Source: Raja brachyura
Lineage: Eukaryota
DNA length: 64,000 bases
Direction: 5' to 3'
NCBI GenBank assembly: GCA_963514005.1
Contig: OY740817.1
Span: 6,696,001-6,760,000, forward strand
This document shows positions 25,230-37,655 of the stretch, piece after piece. The notes under the pieces are model-generated. The model was not told where the DNA came from, ran no database searches, and worked only from the letters and a program-made list of their open reading frames with translations. Each line of letters opens with the position of its first letter. Within the stretch, counting starts at the first letter, position 1. Both the position numbers and the translations under genes were made by a program.

Positions 25230-25680
25230 AGTTGCCCGCTGAGTGCAGAACAAATTCACCAGGAAGTTGGCAGTACTGGAGAGCGCGAGTTCTAAGAAGA
25301 TGCTGGATAGGCTGGAACTGTTTTGCCTCCAACAAAGGCGGCCGAGGCGTGACCTCAGAGGTTTATATGGTGGGCAAAGATGAGACGGGTGTCCGCAATA
25401 TTTTTCCATGGGCTAAAACAAGAGGGCAGAGATCGAAGGTGAAGGGGGGGGGGGGGGGGGGGGGAGATTGAAAAGAAACCCCGATGGGGAACGATTTCCT
25501 GCAGGGTGATGGGTAAATGGAATGAATTGCCAGATAAAGTGATAGAGACAGATACAATTACAACGTTTAAAAGACATTTGGTCAGAGGCAGGATTAGGAA
25601 AGGTTTAGAGGGCTATGGGACAAATGCAGGCTACTTGGTATGGATGAGTGCCCGTTTCCATGCCGTATAACCTTATGACT
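25230..25680 (+). mobile_element. Decayed CR1 3' fragment
   Basis: AAAACAAGAGGGCA...TTTAAAAGACATTTGG and CR1-like tail. Confidence 0.6.
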
Positions 25681-25821
25681 ATTAACAATTAGAATACTAA
25701 CTAAAGGTTTGGAAAGATAACACTAACCCATAAGATTTTGAAATTTCCAGAACATCAACTCTCAACATCCAATTAGACAGAATCATCGTTTAACTTTGGA
25801 TCCCAAAGCCATTCCCTCTTT

Positions 25822-27378
25822 TAGTACCCTTTATAATGTTTGGGATGAATACCCATCATTTATTTATTTGTCTCTGTACTCCACAATTTGAGATTTGTAA
25901 TAGATAACATGTGGTTAAAGCGCACATTGTCAGATTTTAATAAAGGTCATTTTTATACATTTTGGTTTCACCATGTAGAAACTACAGCAGTGTTTATACA
26001 TTGTCCCCCCCCCCCCCCCCCCATTTCAGGGCACCATAATGTTTGGGACACATGGTTTCACAGGTGTTTGTAATGGCTCAGGTGTGTTTAAATGCCTCCT
26101 TAATGCAGGTATAAGAGATCTCAGCACCTAGTCTTTCCTCCAGTCTTTCCATCACCTTTGAAAACTTTTATTGCTGTTTATCAACGAGGACCAAAGTTAT
26201 GCCATTGAAAGTCAAAGAAGCCATTATGAGACCGAGAAACAAGAATAAAACTGTTAGAGACATCAGCCAAACCTTAGGCTTACCCAAATCAACTGTTTGG
26301 GACATTATTAAGACGACAGCGAGCACTGGTGAGCTTACTAATTGCAAAGGGACTGGCAGGCCAAGGAAGACCTCCACAGCTGACGACAGATCAGAAACAC
26401 TCTTCAAGAGTCAGACGTGGAGTCAATGACCACAAGATGCAAACCACTGGTTAGTCACAAAAATAGGATTGGCCGTGTACAGCCAAGAAGTACTTAAAAG
26501 AGCAACCACAGTTCTAGAAAAAGGTCTTGTGGGCAGATGAGACGAAGATTAAACTTATATCAGAGTGATGGCAAAAGCAAAGTATGGAGGAGAGAAGAAA
26601 CTGACCAAGATCCAAAGCATACCACCTCATCTGTGAAACACAGTGGTGGGGGTGTTATGGCCAGGGCATGTATGGCTGCTGAAGGTACTGGCTCGCTTAT
26701 CTTCATTGATACAACTGCTGATGGTACTAGCATAATGAATTCTGAAGTGTATAGACACATCCTACCTGCTCAAGTTCAAACAAATAACTCATTGGCCGGC
26801 ACTTCAATCTACAGCAAGACAATGATCCCAAACATATTGCTAAAGCAACAAAGGAGTTTTTCAAAGCTAAAAAATTGTAAATTCTTGAGTGGGCAAGTCA
26901 ATCGCCTGATCTGAACCCAATTGAGCATGCCTTTTATATGCTGAAGAGAAAACTGAAGGGGACTAGCCAAAAAAAACAAGCAGAAGCTAAAGATGGCTGC
27001 AATACAGGCCTGGCAGAGCATCACCAGGGAAGGCACCCAGCAACTGGCGATGTCCATGAATCACAGACTTTAAGCAGTCATTGCAAGCAAAGGATATGCA
27101 ACAAAATACTAAGCAAGACTACTTGCACTTACATGACACTGCTGTGTCCCAAACATAATGGTGCCCTGAAATGGGCGGGGGGATGGGGGAACTACGTATA
27201 AATACTGCTGTAATTTCTACATGGTGAAACCAAAATGTATAAAAATGGCCTTTATTAAAATCTGACAATGTGTACTTTAACAACATGTGATTTTTTTTCT
27301 ATTACAAATCTCAAATTTTGGAGTAGAGGCAAATAAATAAATGACGGGTCTTTGTCCCAAACATTATGGAGGGCACTG
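25822..27378 (+). mobile_element. Tc1-family transposon (IR/DR type), degraded transposase
   Basis: TIRs CAGTGCCCTCCATAATGTTTGGGACA (left end decayed); frameshifted transposase pieces; same family as 54331-55970. Confidence 0.92.
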
Positions 27379-28217
27379 TGGTATTGCAGCACCACACTTT
27401 ATTCGTCCAAATTATGTTTTCATATCCCAGAGTTGGATCCCTCAAAATAATTTACTGACATTTTATTTAAGGTTCTGTTTCTTATTTATCTGGTTAGAGA
27501 ATGTAAATACATCTAGCATCAAATATGCCCAGCACATAATTAAAATGCAAATTCTGCATGGTAAGCTTTCACTGAGCTAATTTACTACATTGAATCTGAA
27601 GCAATTTTGAAAATCTTTTAACATGCATCAAATTACTCACCCAGGGACTGTTTAAAACCGATCAGGGACTGTATGAAGATTTTTTTTAAACTGTTCCCAA
27701 TTCTTAATGGCATCAACTTTCAGTCATTTGTCCAATTTAATTTAAACAGAAGTATCAAAATATTTTGATGGTATAACAAGCTATAAAACGCTCATGAGGT
27801 ACATATGAAAATTATTTCCATCTCATTGTATACATTTTTCCTCCACACAGAAAATTATACACCCGGTGCTCACTGTAACCCGTATTAAGAGGAAAAAAAT
27901 ATGATAATCAGAATATTATTTCAAAATTAAAGAAATGCAGACGCTGAAATAAAAATAGAAAATGGTGGAAGGCATGTGGAAAGAGATGCAGAGTTAAAAT
28001 TTGATCCTATGTCAGTTCCAGCGAAGGGCTTCAGACCTCAAACATTAACTCTGCTTCTCTTTTCACTGATAGTATAATGATCATTCAACATGCTCATAAC
28101 CAGGTTAGATGATATTATTAAAGAGACACAAAACCAGGCCTGGTAGAAATCAGTGCATCAAGTCATTTATTAAAAATATTTAAATACTTCAGGTTGATTC
28201 AAAAGCCACCATCTTAC

Positions 28218-28306
28218 CTGTTTTGATAACTGTAATAGGTAGCATCCCGGGGGATTGTACATAACTGCTTCCCATAGCAACAGAGGGTTTGTGGAGAAAA
28301 TTCCAG
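28218..28306 (-). CDS. EP300: EP300 exon 19 (RING)
   Basis: AG/GT flanks, 89 nt, LEFSPQTLCCYGKQLCTIPRDATYYSYQN. Confidence 0.96.
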
Positions 28307-29993
28307 CTGCAAAGAATCAGGAGAAATGATTATAGCTCACGCAACTCTTCAAAACAGCAGAAAGGTTGCTGCTTTTTGTTGAAATGCCACAGAATCGTAC
28401 AAATCTATAATTTGCTTTTCAGTGTGGAGTGTTCATATGAAGGTCAGCAAGACACCTGCTGCTCAGTCTCACAGCATCGTTAATATTCCCAGGTAGCCAA
28501 TTCATTCCTTATTTAAATTAACATGCCCAAGAATTTTATATCTTTATTTCACCCAATGAGAAAATCTGCATTTTTACTCCCAACAGCGGCAAGCATTTTG
28601 CCTAGTGAATAGAACGCTGAGAGCAATTGCAAGTGACATATGGTCCCTTTCATAAAATGTATAGAAAATGGAGCTCAATGCAGAGAATTGAGCTATCCTG
28701 GCTAGGTTACATTGTGGTTGAAACAGTAGACGGCAAAAGCACTACTAAAGAGCACCAGTTTATTCCTTACATTTTTACAAATTTTCTTTAGTTGAAAAAT
28801 ACAAATTGCTCCCCAGTCAGAGAAACTTTAAACATAAATGCTGCTTCAATTAAAGAAATATGTTATTTGTTCCTTTGCCATCACAAAATAGGGTTCAGCA
28901 ATAAATGGCTTATCAAAATCGTTGGTCAGATCAGAACAAAGTCTCACCTGTGAGTTTATATTACCAAATGCCAAGTGTTAATGTCCAGATAGCTTTAAAT
29001 TATTCCAATGAGAACAACTTTGGATAAATTTGGCGCAGGCAATAAATGGAAAGACTGCACAAAATAAACAAATTTAGAATGCGGCAGTATGGAAACCCCT
29101 TAAGACCCAAGTGAGTGGGTTGGACTAAGGCTGCAAGGATTCCTGTTGCTGATTATCTGTCTGGAGTATGTAGTGAACATCGCAAAGAATCTTAGTGTGA
29201 TATCCATACTTACTCCATGGTATAAAAAGCACGGCCACACCCAGCTTAAAAACGAGGCAAAGATACCAGGACTTTTACATCCCTCCATTACATTCCAGTA
29301 AATATGATTCTTACATCATTGTGTGGAGAGTATGTATTTTGGGGGGAAGGGGAGGGGTCAATCTGTACATTTGGTTAATTTATTAGATTTACTTGGATGG
29401 TATTCTAAAGCCTATCATAGAAGCTATTACGGACTTCAAATGCTAAAGTCTTTGAGAATCTAGAAGGAACAAAATGATGTTTTAATGGGGAGATGTTTAA
29501 TAAAAGGGGATATGTCATTCAAATCCAGCAGTAATTTAGCAGAAAATTCAAGAAGTACAACTTTCTATTCAAACAAATGTAGCTTCCATGTCGATTCTCA
29601 TCTACTGAAGCTTTCAAGACAGATCAAATGTTATCCACAGCAATTAACAGACGCAGAGTTATGACAAGGAAACAACATGGCAGCAATGAATAACCGTGGC
29701 ACAATTTAATATGGAACAGGTTGGTGGGATGATGCTCCCCTTCTTTTAAATGTTTCTTGGATCCATTTTGACTCTTGTTTGATGGGCAGTCCCGTTCCGC
29801 TTCTGTTAACCAGTGCATAGTTAGGAAACAGCTAGTGATCAATTTCAATCATAATCATACTTTATTAGCAAAGTATGTTTTGCAACATACGAGGAATTTG
29901 ATCTGCCATAGTCGTGCCAATAAAAAGGAACAGAACACACAAAATACATTTTAACAAGGATTAAAAACTAAAGATAAAAATGATAAAAGTAGT

Positions 29994-30085
29994 CTGAAGA
30001 AGGGTCTCGACCCGAAACGTCACCCATTCCTTCGCTCCATAGATGCTGCCTCACCCGCTGAGTTTCTCCAGCATTGTTGTCTACC
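29994..30085 (+). mobile_element. Short Penelope-derived element with intact minimal hammerhead core
   Basis: CTGAAGA-A-GGGTCTCGACCC-GAAA-CGTC; AAAGTAGT duplicated at 29986-29993 and 30086-30093. Confidence 0.75.
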
Positions 30086-30707
30086 AAAGTAGTTGCCCAC
30101 TAAACTTGCTCTCTAAGAATCAAACAGTTGAGTATCTAACTGCTAACTATTTTAGATGAAGCTTTAAAGTGAGTCTTTATCTGCAGGCAGAAGAATTAGA
30201 TCTGGGAAGTTAATCTGATGTACTGTTTAACATAAATTCCTCAATTAGCTTTGCTATGCAGGCAATTTGATTGTTATCATACTCCATTTGTGGAACCACG
30301 CTGTGTACAAATTGGCGGCATTTTGATTACAACTGCGCACTTGAGATACTGCACTCGCCACTCTGGGAAGCAATGGTTGTGAAAAATACAACGTGTAATT
30401 ACAGAATTGAAGGCTACAAATAGGGACACATTTTCGAGCAGGGCACTGGCGAGCCCAGTCCTCGAGTATTATGCAGAGTTTTGGTCCTATCATTTAAGAA
30501 AAGATATCAGTGTTGAACACAGCTCAAACGAGACTCACAGGGTGGGAGGGTTGTCCTATCACAAGCAGCTGAAACTGGATTTGCATTATTTGCACTTTAT
30601 GAGAACAGAGTGTGATCTTATTGAAACATACAAAATTCTGAGGGGTAGACGTTCTGATGTTTCTCGGTCGTAGAATCTCTGAGAAGACATAGTTACAAGA
30701 TACGGGG

Positions 30708-30915
30708 ATAGAAGCAAAGTGACGGGAGTAACTCAGATGATCAGGCAGCATCTCTGGAGAAAAAGGATGGGTAATGCTTCTTCAGTCTGAAGAAGGGTCC
30801 AGACTCAAAATATCACCCAGCTTTTGTCTCCAGTGATGCTGCCTGACCCGTTGAGTTACTCCAGCACTTTGCATCTATCTTCAGTATATACCACCATCTA
30901 CTGTTTCTTGCTTCA
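30708..30915. mobile_element. Inverted doublet of Penelope-derived repeats inserted into a decayed CR1
   Basis: Palindromic arrangement; TACAAGATA(C/A)GGGG duplicated at 30694-30707 and 30916-30929. Confidence 0.7.
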
Positions 30916-31914
30916 TACAAGATAAGGGGTACTCATTTAAAACTGACAAGTTGAATCTTCAGATTTCTCTACTCTAGTGTAATGTGAAAGCTAGATAATT
31001 GGTGTTTAAGGGGTTTTTTAAATATATTTTAAAGATCAGAAAATACAGGGCAATGGGGAATTGGCTTAGGTATTGAGACCTGGGGCATGTCACTAATACT
31101 CAGGTCAAGCAGGCTCTGCGGAGTGGACAGCGTCATTATTTAAGGTCAATACCTTTCATCAGTATGATGAAAAAAACAGTAATCAAATAGGTTTCAAGTT
31201 ATGGAGAAGGTGCTAGGCAAGGAAAAACAAAGAGGCTGTCTGTGACAGGGTGGGGATGCAGTGATTGAAGACAAGTGGTGAAGATGTCAGAAGGTGAAGG
31301 CTTTTCAATCAGAAAAATAAAATGTAAATGGAAGGGTGTGAACAAGAACCGCTGAGGTAAAACTGCCAAAATTGAAATCCACAATAAAAGAGAATGTTGA
31401 TAAAGTTGCTAAAAATGTAAGATCAACTCCTTTCTCTCGTTTCTGATGCTGACTGACCAGAATATTTCTAGCATTCCATTTTGCTTTAGATTTTAAACAA
31501 TTGCTGTGTCCACACACTGTACATTTTTCTCATAGCTCATGTACCATCTTGTATGTACGTCTCTTCCAGACATCACCTTACTCTCAGCCACCAACACAAC
31601 CATTTGCATCACTGGTCTCCATCCTGTAATAAACATTCCCCTGTTCTCTCTACCTTGATTCCCTGCAAATTAAACCATTTGATATCTAGCTTTTCCCAGC
31701 TCTGATGAAATCATTGACTAAACATGGCTTCTCTATCTTCCCACCACATTTTGCCTGACCTGCTGCACATTTCCAGAATTTTCCCTTTTTTATTCAAATA
31801 GCCAGTGTCTGCAGTCTTCGTGACTTAAGTAATATCGAAGACCATCCAAAACCAGCCCGTTTCTGAAATCCATTTACAAATAAATCATGTTTTTGGGCTG
31901 GTACTGAAGAAACC

Positions 31915-32545
31915 AAATGGCATGTTGGCCTTCATAGCAAGAGGATTTGAGTAATGGAGCTAGGAGGTCCTACTGCAGTTGTACAGGGCTCTGGTGAGAC
32001 CACACCTAGAGTATTGTGTGGAGTTTTGGTCTCCTAATTTGAGGAAGGACATTCTTACTGTTGAGGAAGTGCAGCATAGGTTCACCAGGTTAATTCCAAG
32101 GATGGCAGGACTGACATATGATGAAAGAAAGGGTCGACTGGGCTTGTACTGGGATTTAGAAGGATGAGAGGGAATCTTATAGAAACATAAAATTCTTATG
32201 GGATTGGACAGGCTAGATGCAGGAAAATTGTTCCCGATGTGGGGGAGTCCAGACCAGGGGACACAGTTTAAGAATAAGGGGTAGGCCATTCAGGACTGAG
32301 ATAAGGAAAAACTTCTTCACCCAGAAAGTTGTAAATCTGTGGAATTCTCTGCTACAGAAGGCAGTGGAGGCCAATTCACTGGATGTTTTCAAGAGAGTTA
32401 GATATAGCTCTTGGGGCTAACGGAATCAAGGGATATGGGGAGAAAGCAGGATCGAGGTACTGATTTTGGATGATTGGCCATGATCATATTGAATGGCGGT
32501 GCTGGCTCAAAGGGCCGAATGGCCTACTCCTGCACCTATTTTTGC
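31915..32545 (+). mobile_element. CR1 LINE 3' fragment
   Basis: LYRALVRPHLEYCVEFWSP; TRGHSLRI...RKNFFTQKVVNLWNSL; tail GGGCCGAATGGCCTACTCCTGC. Confidence 0.9.
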
Positions 32546-33008
32546 TTCTATCTGATGACAAGAGACCATTTATTAGCATTGTACATAAACAGGCGAATTT
32601 CAAGGTCCATCAAAAGTAGTTCCAGGTACTCCAAGTACAGCTAAGCCAAACCATCTTGAAAGTTTTGATCTCAGGCCAATACTAAGATGATCTAATTCAG
32701 AGGTTAACATTTGTCCGTGTTCTCCATTAGCAAAAGAAAAGGATTCTTGCGAACCCTTCTACTTTTTCATGTTAAAAAAATCTGCTGGAAATGCAACTGT
32801 GTAAACTTTAGATAAGAACAATGTTTTCATATTCTGCCCCTCCCGATCGTCAGCCTCCCTCATCTTCCTTCCCCCACCACCACAAGTTCAATAACCTGTT
32901 GATATTCCGTCAAATTCAAAAACATGATTATTATTTGCAGGAAGAACAACTGGGTGAAAGCCTCAGACAAAAACAGTAAAGCAGAATACAAAATATGTAG
33001 AGACTGAC

Positions 33009-33248
33009 CTTTCTACCACAGCAATATCCAAGATTTTGCATGACAGGGTCGATCTCCAGCTCAAAGACCTCTGCCAATTTTGTACAGTACTTATACACAC
33101 GCGACGTCTTGCGATTATACAGCCAGGCATTGTTGAACATCAACCAAATGTCGTCTACATACTGCCATGGCTCCTGATACTGGCCAGTGTCCAGTTTGCG
33201 CTTGATTGTAGACAAGTCCATTGGTGTCTTCACTATGTCAAAGTAGTC
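33009..33248 (-). CDS. EP300: EP300 exon 18 (bromodomain)
   Basis: AG/GT flanks, 240 nt, DYFDIVKTPMDLSTIKRKLDTGQYQEPWQYVDDIWLMFNNAWLYNRKTSRVYKYC...GYCCGRK. Confidence 0.97.
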
Positions 33249-34464
33249 CTTCAAGAGACAAGAGAAAAAAAGATTGACTTTTCCATAAAAAGGTGCCAGA
33301 AGCATCCCCACAGGTTTAGATATACATCATCATTGCCTAAGATTTTCTCTACAACCTATACAAGTCATTTTAAAAGTAAAGACACATAAGGGATTTACTT
33401 GTATTATAAATGGAGAAATATGCAAACACTTGAAATAGATATTTGAAAGAGAACAGAAATTAATAGACACGTTACTTTAGTTCCACATCATTGCTATTCA
33501 CCAAAGACAGCAACTTGATGGCATATTTGCTGATTTCCCTCATTCAAATACCTATTGACCTGCCTTGCATTTCAATCTTTAATGCCTTTTGGCAAGCCTA
33601 CAGTTTACACTATATCTTCATTATCCATGAATCTTCTCATCTGAGTAATTGCAGAATCTTCTCATCGGAGTAAAAACTGTCCCAGGCCCTGCTTCAAATT
33701 TGTTCAGAGATACAAAACCAGCAGAAATGCCTGCCAGCACTTGTCAGGTGGTCCGGAAGGCGGACTAGGGTTGGGGTCCTGAATGTGAGCTGCGGGTGGA
33801 GCTGGAGCCCGGGTCTGGAGTACAGACTGGAAAAAGTCCAGCGCACCTGTATGTTTCAGCACATCTTGACAAGCTGAAACCTGCATGCAATTGTTATATT
33901 ACTGGAGATATCAATGGCCTCAGAATGATCAGTTTTTCATCTGCACGAAATTAAGCGTCCCCATCCTTTGTGAATAATGAGGACTTAGTGTGCATGTGCG
34001 GTGAAAAGTTTGTAAAAGAAAATGATAGCATGTGCATAATAATGTTTACTGCAAAATTAGTCCACCACAAATTCAAAAGCACTGATAATGCCAAAATCAA
34101 TGTTTTGCACTCAAGAAAAATGGAAAACACCATTATATTTTATACGAAAGGATGCAAAATCCCAATACCTCAGAGGTTGGAGGCAGGAGCAGGACATTAA
34201 ACAACGTAGGCCAGCCATTCAAAGGAAATCCTTGTTCATCTTGTAGCACAAGTCCACGTTCTCACCTGATCCTCAAACCTCCCATCACTGTAAAAATCTC
34301 AGTTCCACATTTGAATATACTCATTAGTTATTATCTCCTCAGGTGGAAAGGTTTCTCAAACTCCTACGTGATAAAAACCTCAGTTCAGGCATAAAGCTCA
34401 GCCACTTAGGTCTATGCACCCAAGTTTTAAAGTTTCCTTTTGGAGGAATCACATTTTCACAATC

Positions 34465-35190
34465 ACAAAAATACTTCATTGGCCAAGAATGTTTAGCAAC
34501 ATACGAGGAATTTCATTTGCCAAGTCAGTCATACAAATAAAAAGCAACGGAACACACAAAACACATTTTAACATAAACATCCACCACAGTGACTCCTCCA
34601 CATCCCTCACCGTGATGGATGGCGAAAAAAAGTTCAATCTCTTCCCTTGCTCTCCCGCGGTCGGGGGCCTCGAGTCCTCCGTTGACGGGACGATCTTCAC
34701 TCCCGTAGCCGGCAACGTTTGGGCCCTCCGCATCGAGGCACTCAGCACCTGCATCGGAGGGGATGTCAGCTCGCCTGCGCCGGTAATCGGACCCCGCGTT
34801 GGGGCTGGTCGAGCCTCTGCGTCGATGGAGCGTCCCGACTCGGCCTCTCCCGAGACTGCGAGCTGGCAATGGTAAAGTCCGCAGGCCGCGGTTGGAGCAA
34901 GGGATCGACTCCGATGTTAAGGCCACGCCTGCGGTGGGGCTCAAGGTCAGTCCGAGGAGGCCTCCAGCTCCATCGATGGTAGGCTGCAGAGCGACCGGAG
35001 ATGCGATCCAGAAAATAATTGGATCTCCGGCAAGGTAAGAAACTGAAAAAAAGTTTCCCCCTCCCCCCACCCCCTCATAAACAAACCAGAGAACATTTAC
35101 ACAAACTTTTAACACACACTAAAAATAAAAAAGACGAAAAAACAGACAGACTGTTGGCAGGGCTGCCAAACATGCAGCGCCCCTGGTGGT
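34465..35190 (-). mobile_element. GC-rich non-coding interspersed element (SINE-like)
   Basis: Ends share sequence with 52850-53180 (+); related fragments at 29850-29960 and 39690-39870. Confidence 0.6.
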
Positions 35191-35811
35191 CAACCTTCAC
35201 TGTTATTGTCCCAGAATCTTCCAGGTTTCGGGAGATTATGCTTCATTCTCCCAAACACTGGTAACTGTAGGTCTACCTATTCAAAGTTATTGATTAGATT
35301 ATAATTTCCTGTTCCATGGTTAGTTCCATGAGATATTGCTCAAGGAAACTCTTCCCCAAAGTGCGGAATAAAAACAGAATTTAACTTATTCATTCATTAT
35401 AAAATATTTATTCATCCATATCAAAGGCCCTCTACCCTCAGAAGTCAATTCATCAAAAAGGTAGAACATAAAAAAAATTGATATTTGACTAAATCAGGTT
35501 AATGTACAACAAATTTTGGCAAGCAACAAGGGGACCAATACATCTCTATGGTATTTATATTTGCCTTTTCTTTTTGTTGTCACCATGATACAAAAAAAAG
35601 CAGCAAAAAAGAAAAATTGCACGATACAAGAACATTTTTTGTACTAAAAATAAACACATCACAGAACTTGCTCTGGAGGCAAAAATTCATTGCATTTCTA
35701 TTTTCTCAACTGTTTCAGCTGAACTGGGAAAGTAATTAACTGTTGCTGTAATCTTTGAGTGCAGTCACTGAAAAATACATGATGCTCTGTATAGCCTCTC
35801 AAACTACTTAC

Positions 35812-35930
35812 AGGAATACCCAGGAGTTGAGGATCCACAGGTTGACGGAAGGGAAGGGACTCAGGGTCCTGACGGTAAAGTGCTTCCAGTGTCGGCATTA
35901 GTGCCTGCCGCAGTTCTTCTGGCTTAAAAA
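35812..35930 (-). CDS. EP300: EP300 exon 17 (bromodomain start)
   Basis: AG/GT flanks, 119 nt, FKPEELRQALMPTLEALYRQDPESLPFRQPVDPQLLGIP. Confidence 0.97.
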
Positions 35931-36179
35931 CTAAAGACAATGAAAAAAAGTAAATTCACAGAAGCAGACATCGACTTAACCATTCAAAAGAAAGTCTTAA
36001 GCCTTTATTAGCGCAAGACGTTAGTTGTTCGCAACATTAGAAATAGACCCTTAAACTGATGAGTAAGTACATGCCCGACTTTAAAAAATGGCAATATTGT
36101 GGGTAGCAAGGAAGGTTGGCTAAGCCTATGTCATAATTGAAAATTTGGCAGTGCACTGGCAGAGGACATTTAACCTCAA

Positions 36180-36580
36180 CAAGTGTGATGCGATGGTTTT
36201 TGGGCAGTCAAATAGGGGTAGGGCATATATTGTATTGGCACTGGTGGCAACATAGCTAGGGTGGTAAAGCAGGTATATGGCATGCTTGACTTCATCAATC
36301 GGCACAAAACATTAAGAGTTAAAAGTTTCCAAGATACTGGCTTGGCCACATTTGGGATTATTGTGTGCAGTTCTGGTCACCGCTAATGTAAGGATGTGAT
36401 TGCGCCAGTGAGAGTGCAGAGGAGATTCACCAGGATGTTCTGTGCATAGGAGGACTTTAGGTAGCTGGGCTTGTTTTCCTTGGAGTGAAACAGGCAGGGG
36501 GGTGACAAGTTATATAAAATTATCAGAGGTGTAGATAGTGTAGAGATAGTCAAAACCGTTTCCCTCAAGTTAGTGCCATT
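36180..36580 (+). mobile_element. Decayed CR1 fragment
   Basis: TTGTGTGCAGTTCTGGTCACC...GTGCAGAGGAGATTCACCAGGATG. Confidence 0.6.
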
Positions 36581-36759
36581 CAGCATTCACACTTTAGATC
36601 TTCAAAACTACAATTTTCAAATTAATAAATAGGATTCATCTTACTTAAAGGTGGATATGTACCGTACTGTTCCCATTCAAATCTTATTTTAGCAGAAACT
36701 TCCGTTTTATTTGCATCTTCTCCCCTCATCATCACAAGGAAAAAAGTTAATGTACGCAC

Positions 36760-36913
36760 TTTTCTTACGTGACTGTCCACTCGCAGGAGATGATTGCGTT
36801 GCCGAATTTGTAGTATCTTCTTCCTCTTTTACTTCACCTTTCACCTCTGGTTTCTTCTCATCAGCCTCCATTGGCTCCTGTTTACACTCTTCTACTGCAG
36901 GTTCTTCCTTCAC
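36760..36913 (-). CDS. EP300: EP300 exon 16
   Basis: AG acceptor and GTGCGT donor, 154 nt, VKEEPAVEE...KKPEVKGEVKEEE...QSSPASGQSRKK; phase matches exon 17. Confidence 0.92.
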
Positions 36914-37169
36914 CTGCATGTTCAAAATCAAAGGTGTTTTTTAAAACGCAGATAGGTAAGAATTTCTCCAGTTCTTTCAATATTGGGGTAAACAATCTGA
37001 GAGTAAATATATAACTTGATAACTAGTAACCCAAAATATAGTGAACAAACCCAAAATTGCTTAGCAATTTAGTAGCGCATTTTGTGACTAAGTAACCAAA
37101 GATAATTTCTGTTAATGTTACCTGTGCAATTTGTAGGAAACTTATTTACTGGTGTTAAAATGCTTGGTT

Positions 37170-37655
37170 TGGGAACAGCATCTAAGACTGCAAGAACTTG
37201 CAGCAAATTGTGGACACAGCCCAGATCATCTCACAAACCAACCTCCCTTCTATCGACTCCACTGATACCTCACGCTGCCTTGGCAAGGTCAGCAGCATAA
37301 CCAAGGACGAGTCGAACCCTGGACACTCCCTCTTCTCTGGCAAAAGGTAGAGAAGTGTGAAAACGCACACCTCCAGATTCAGTAACAATTTCTTTCCCAC
37401 TGTAATCAGGCAACCGAATCATCCTACCACAACCAGAGAGCAGTATTGAACTACCGTCTACCTCTTTGGTGACCCTCAGACTATCCTTGATCGGACTTTG
37501 CTGGCTTTACCTTGCATTAAACGTTATTACCTTATCGTATATCTATACACTGTAAATGGCTTAATTGTAATAATGTATTGGCTTGTTGCTCACTGGATAG
37601 CACGCAACAAAATCTTTTCACTGTACCTTGGTACACGTGACAATGAACTCAACTG
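37170..37655 (+). mobile_element. Rex1/Babar- or L2-clade LINE 3' fragment
   Basis: Degenerate ...GKR*RSVKTHTSRFSNNFFP C-terminus and CACTGTACC...GTGACAAT tail. Confidence 0.6.

Noticed and set aside
34414-35115. 153-aa and 196-aa ORFs, and ORFs at 43858-44363
   Set aside because: Stop-poor frames caused by GC-rich repeat interiors; no recognisable domains.
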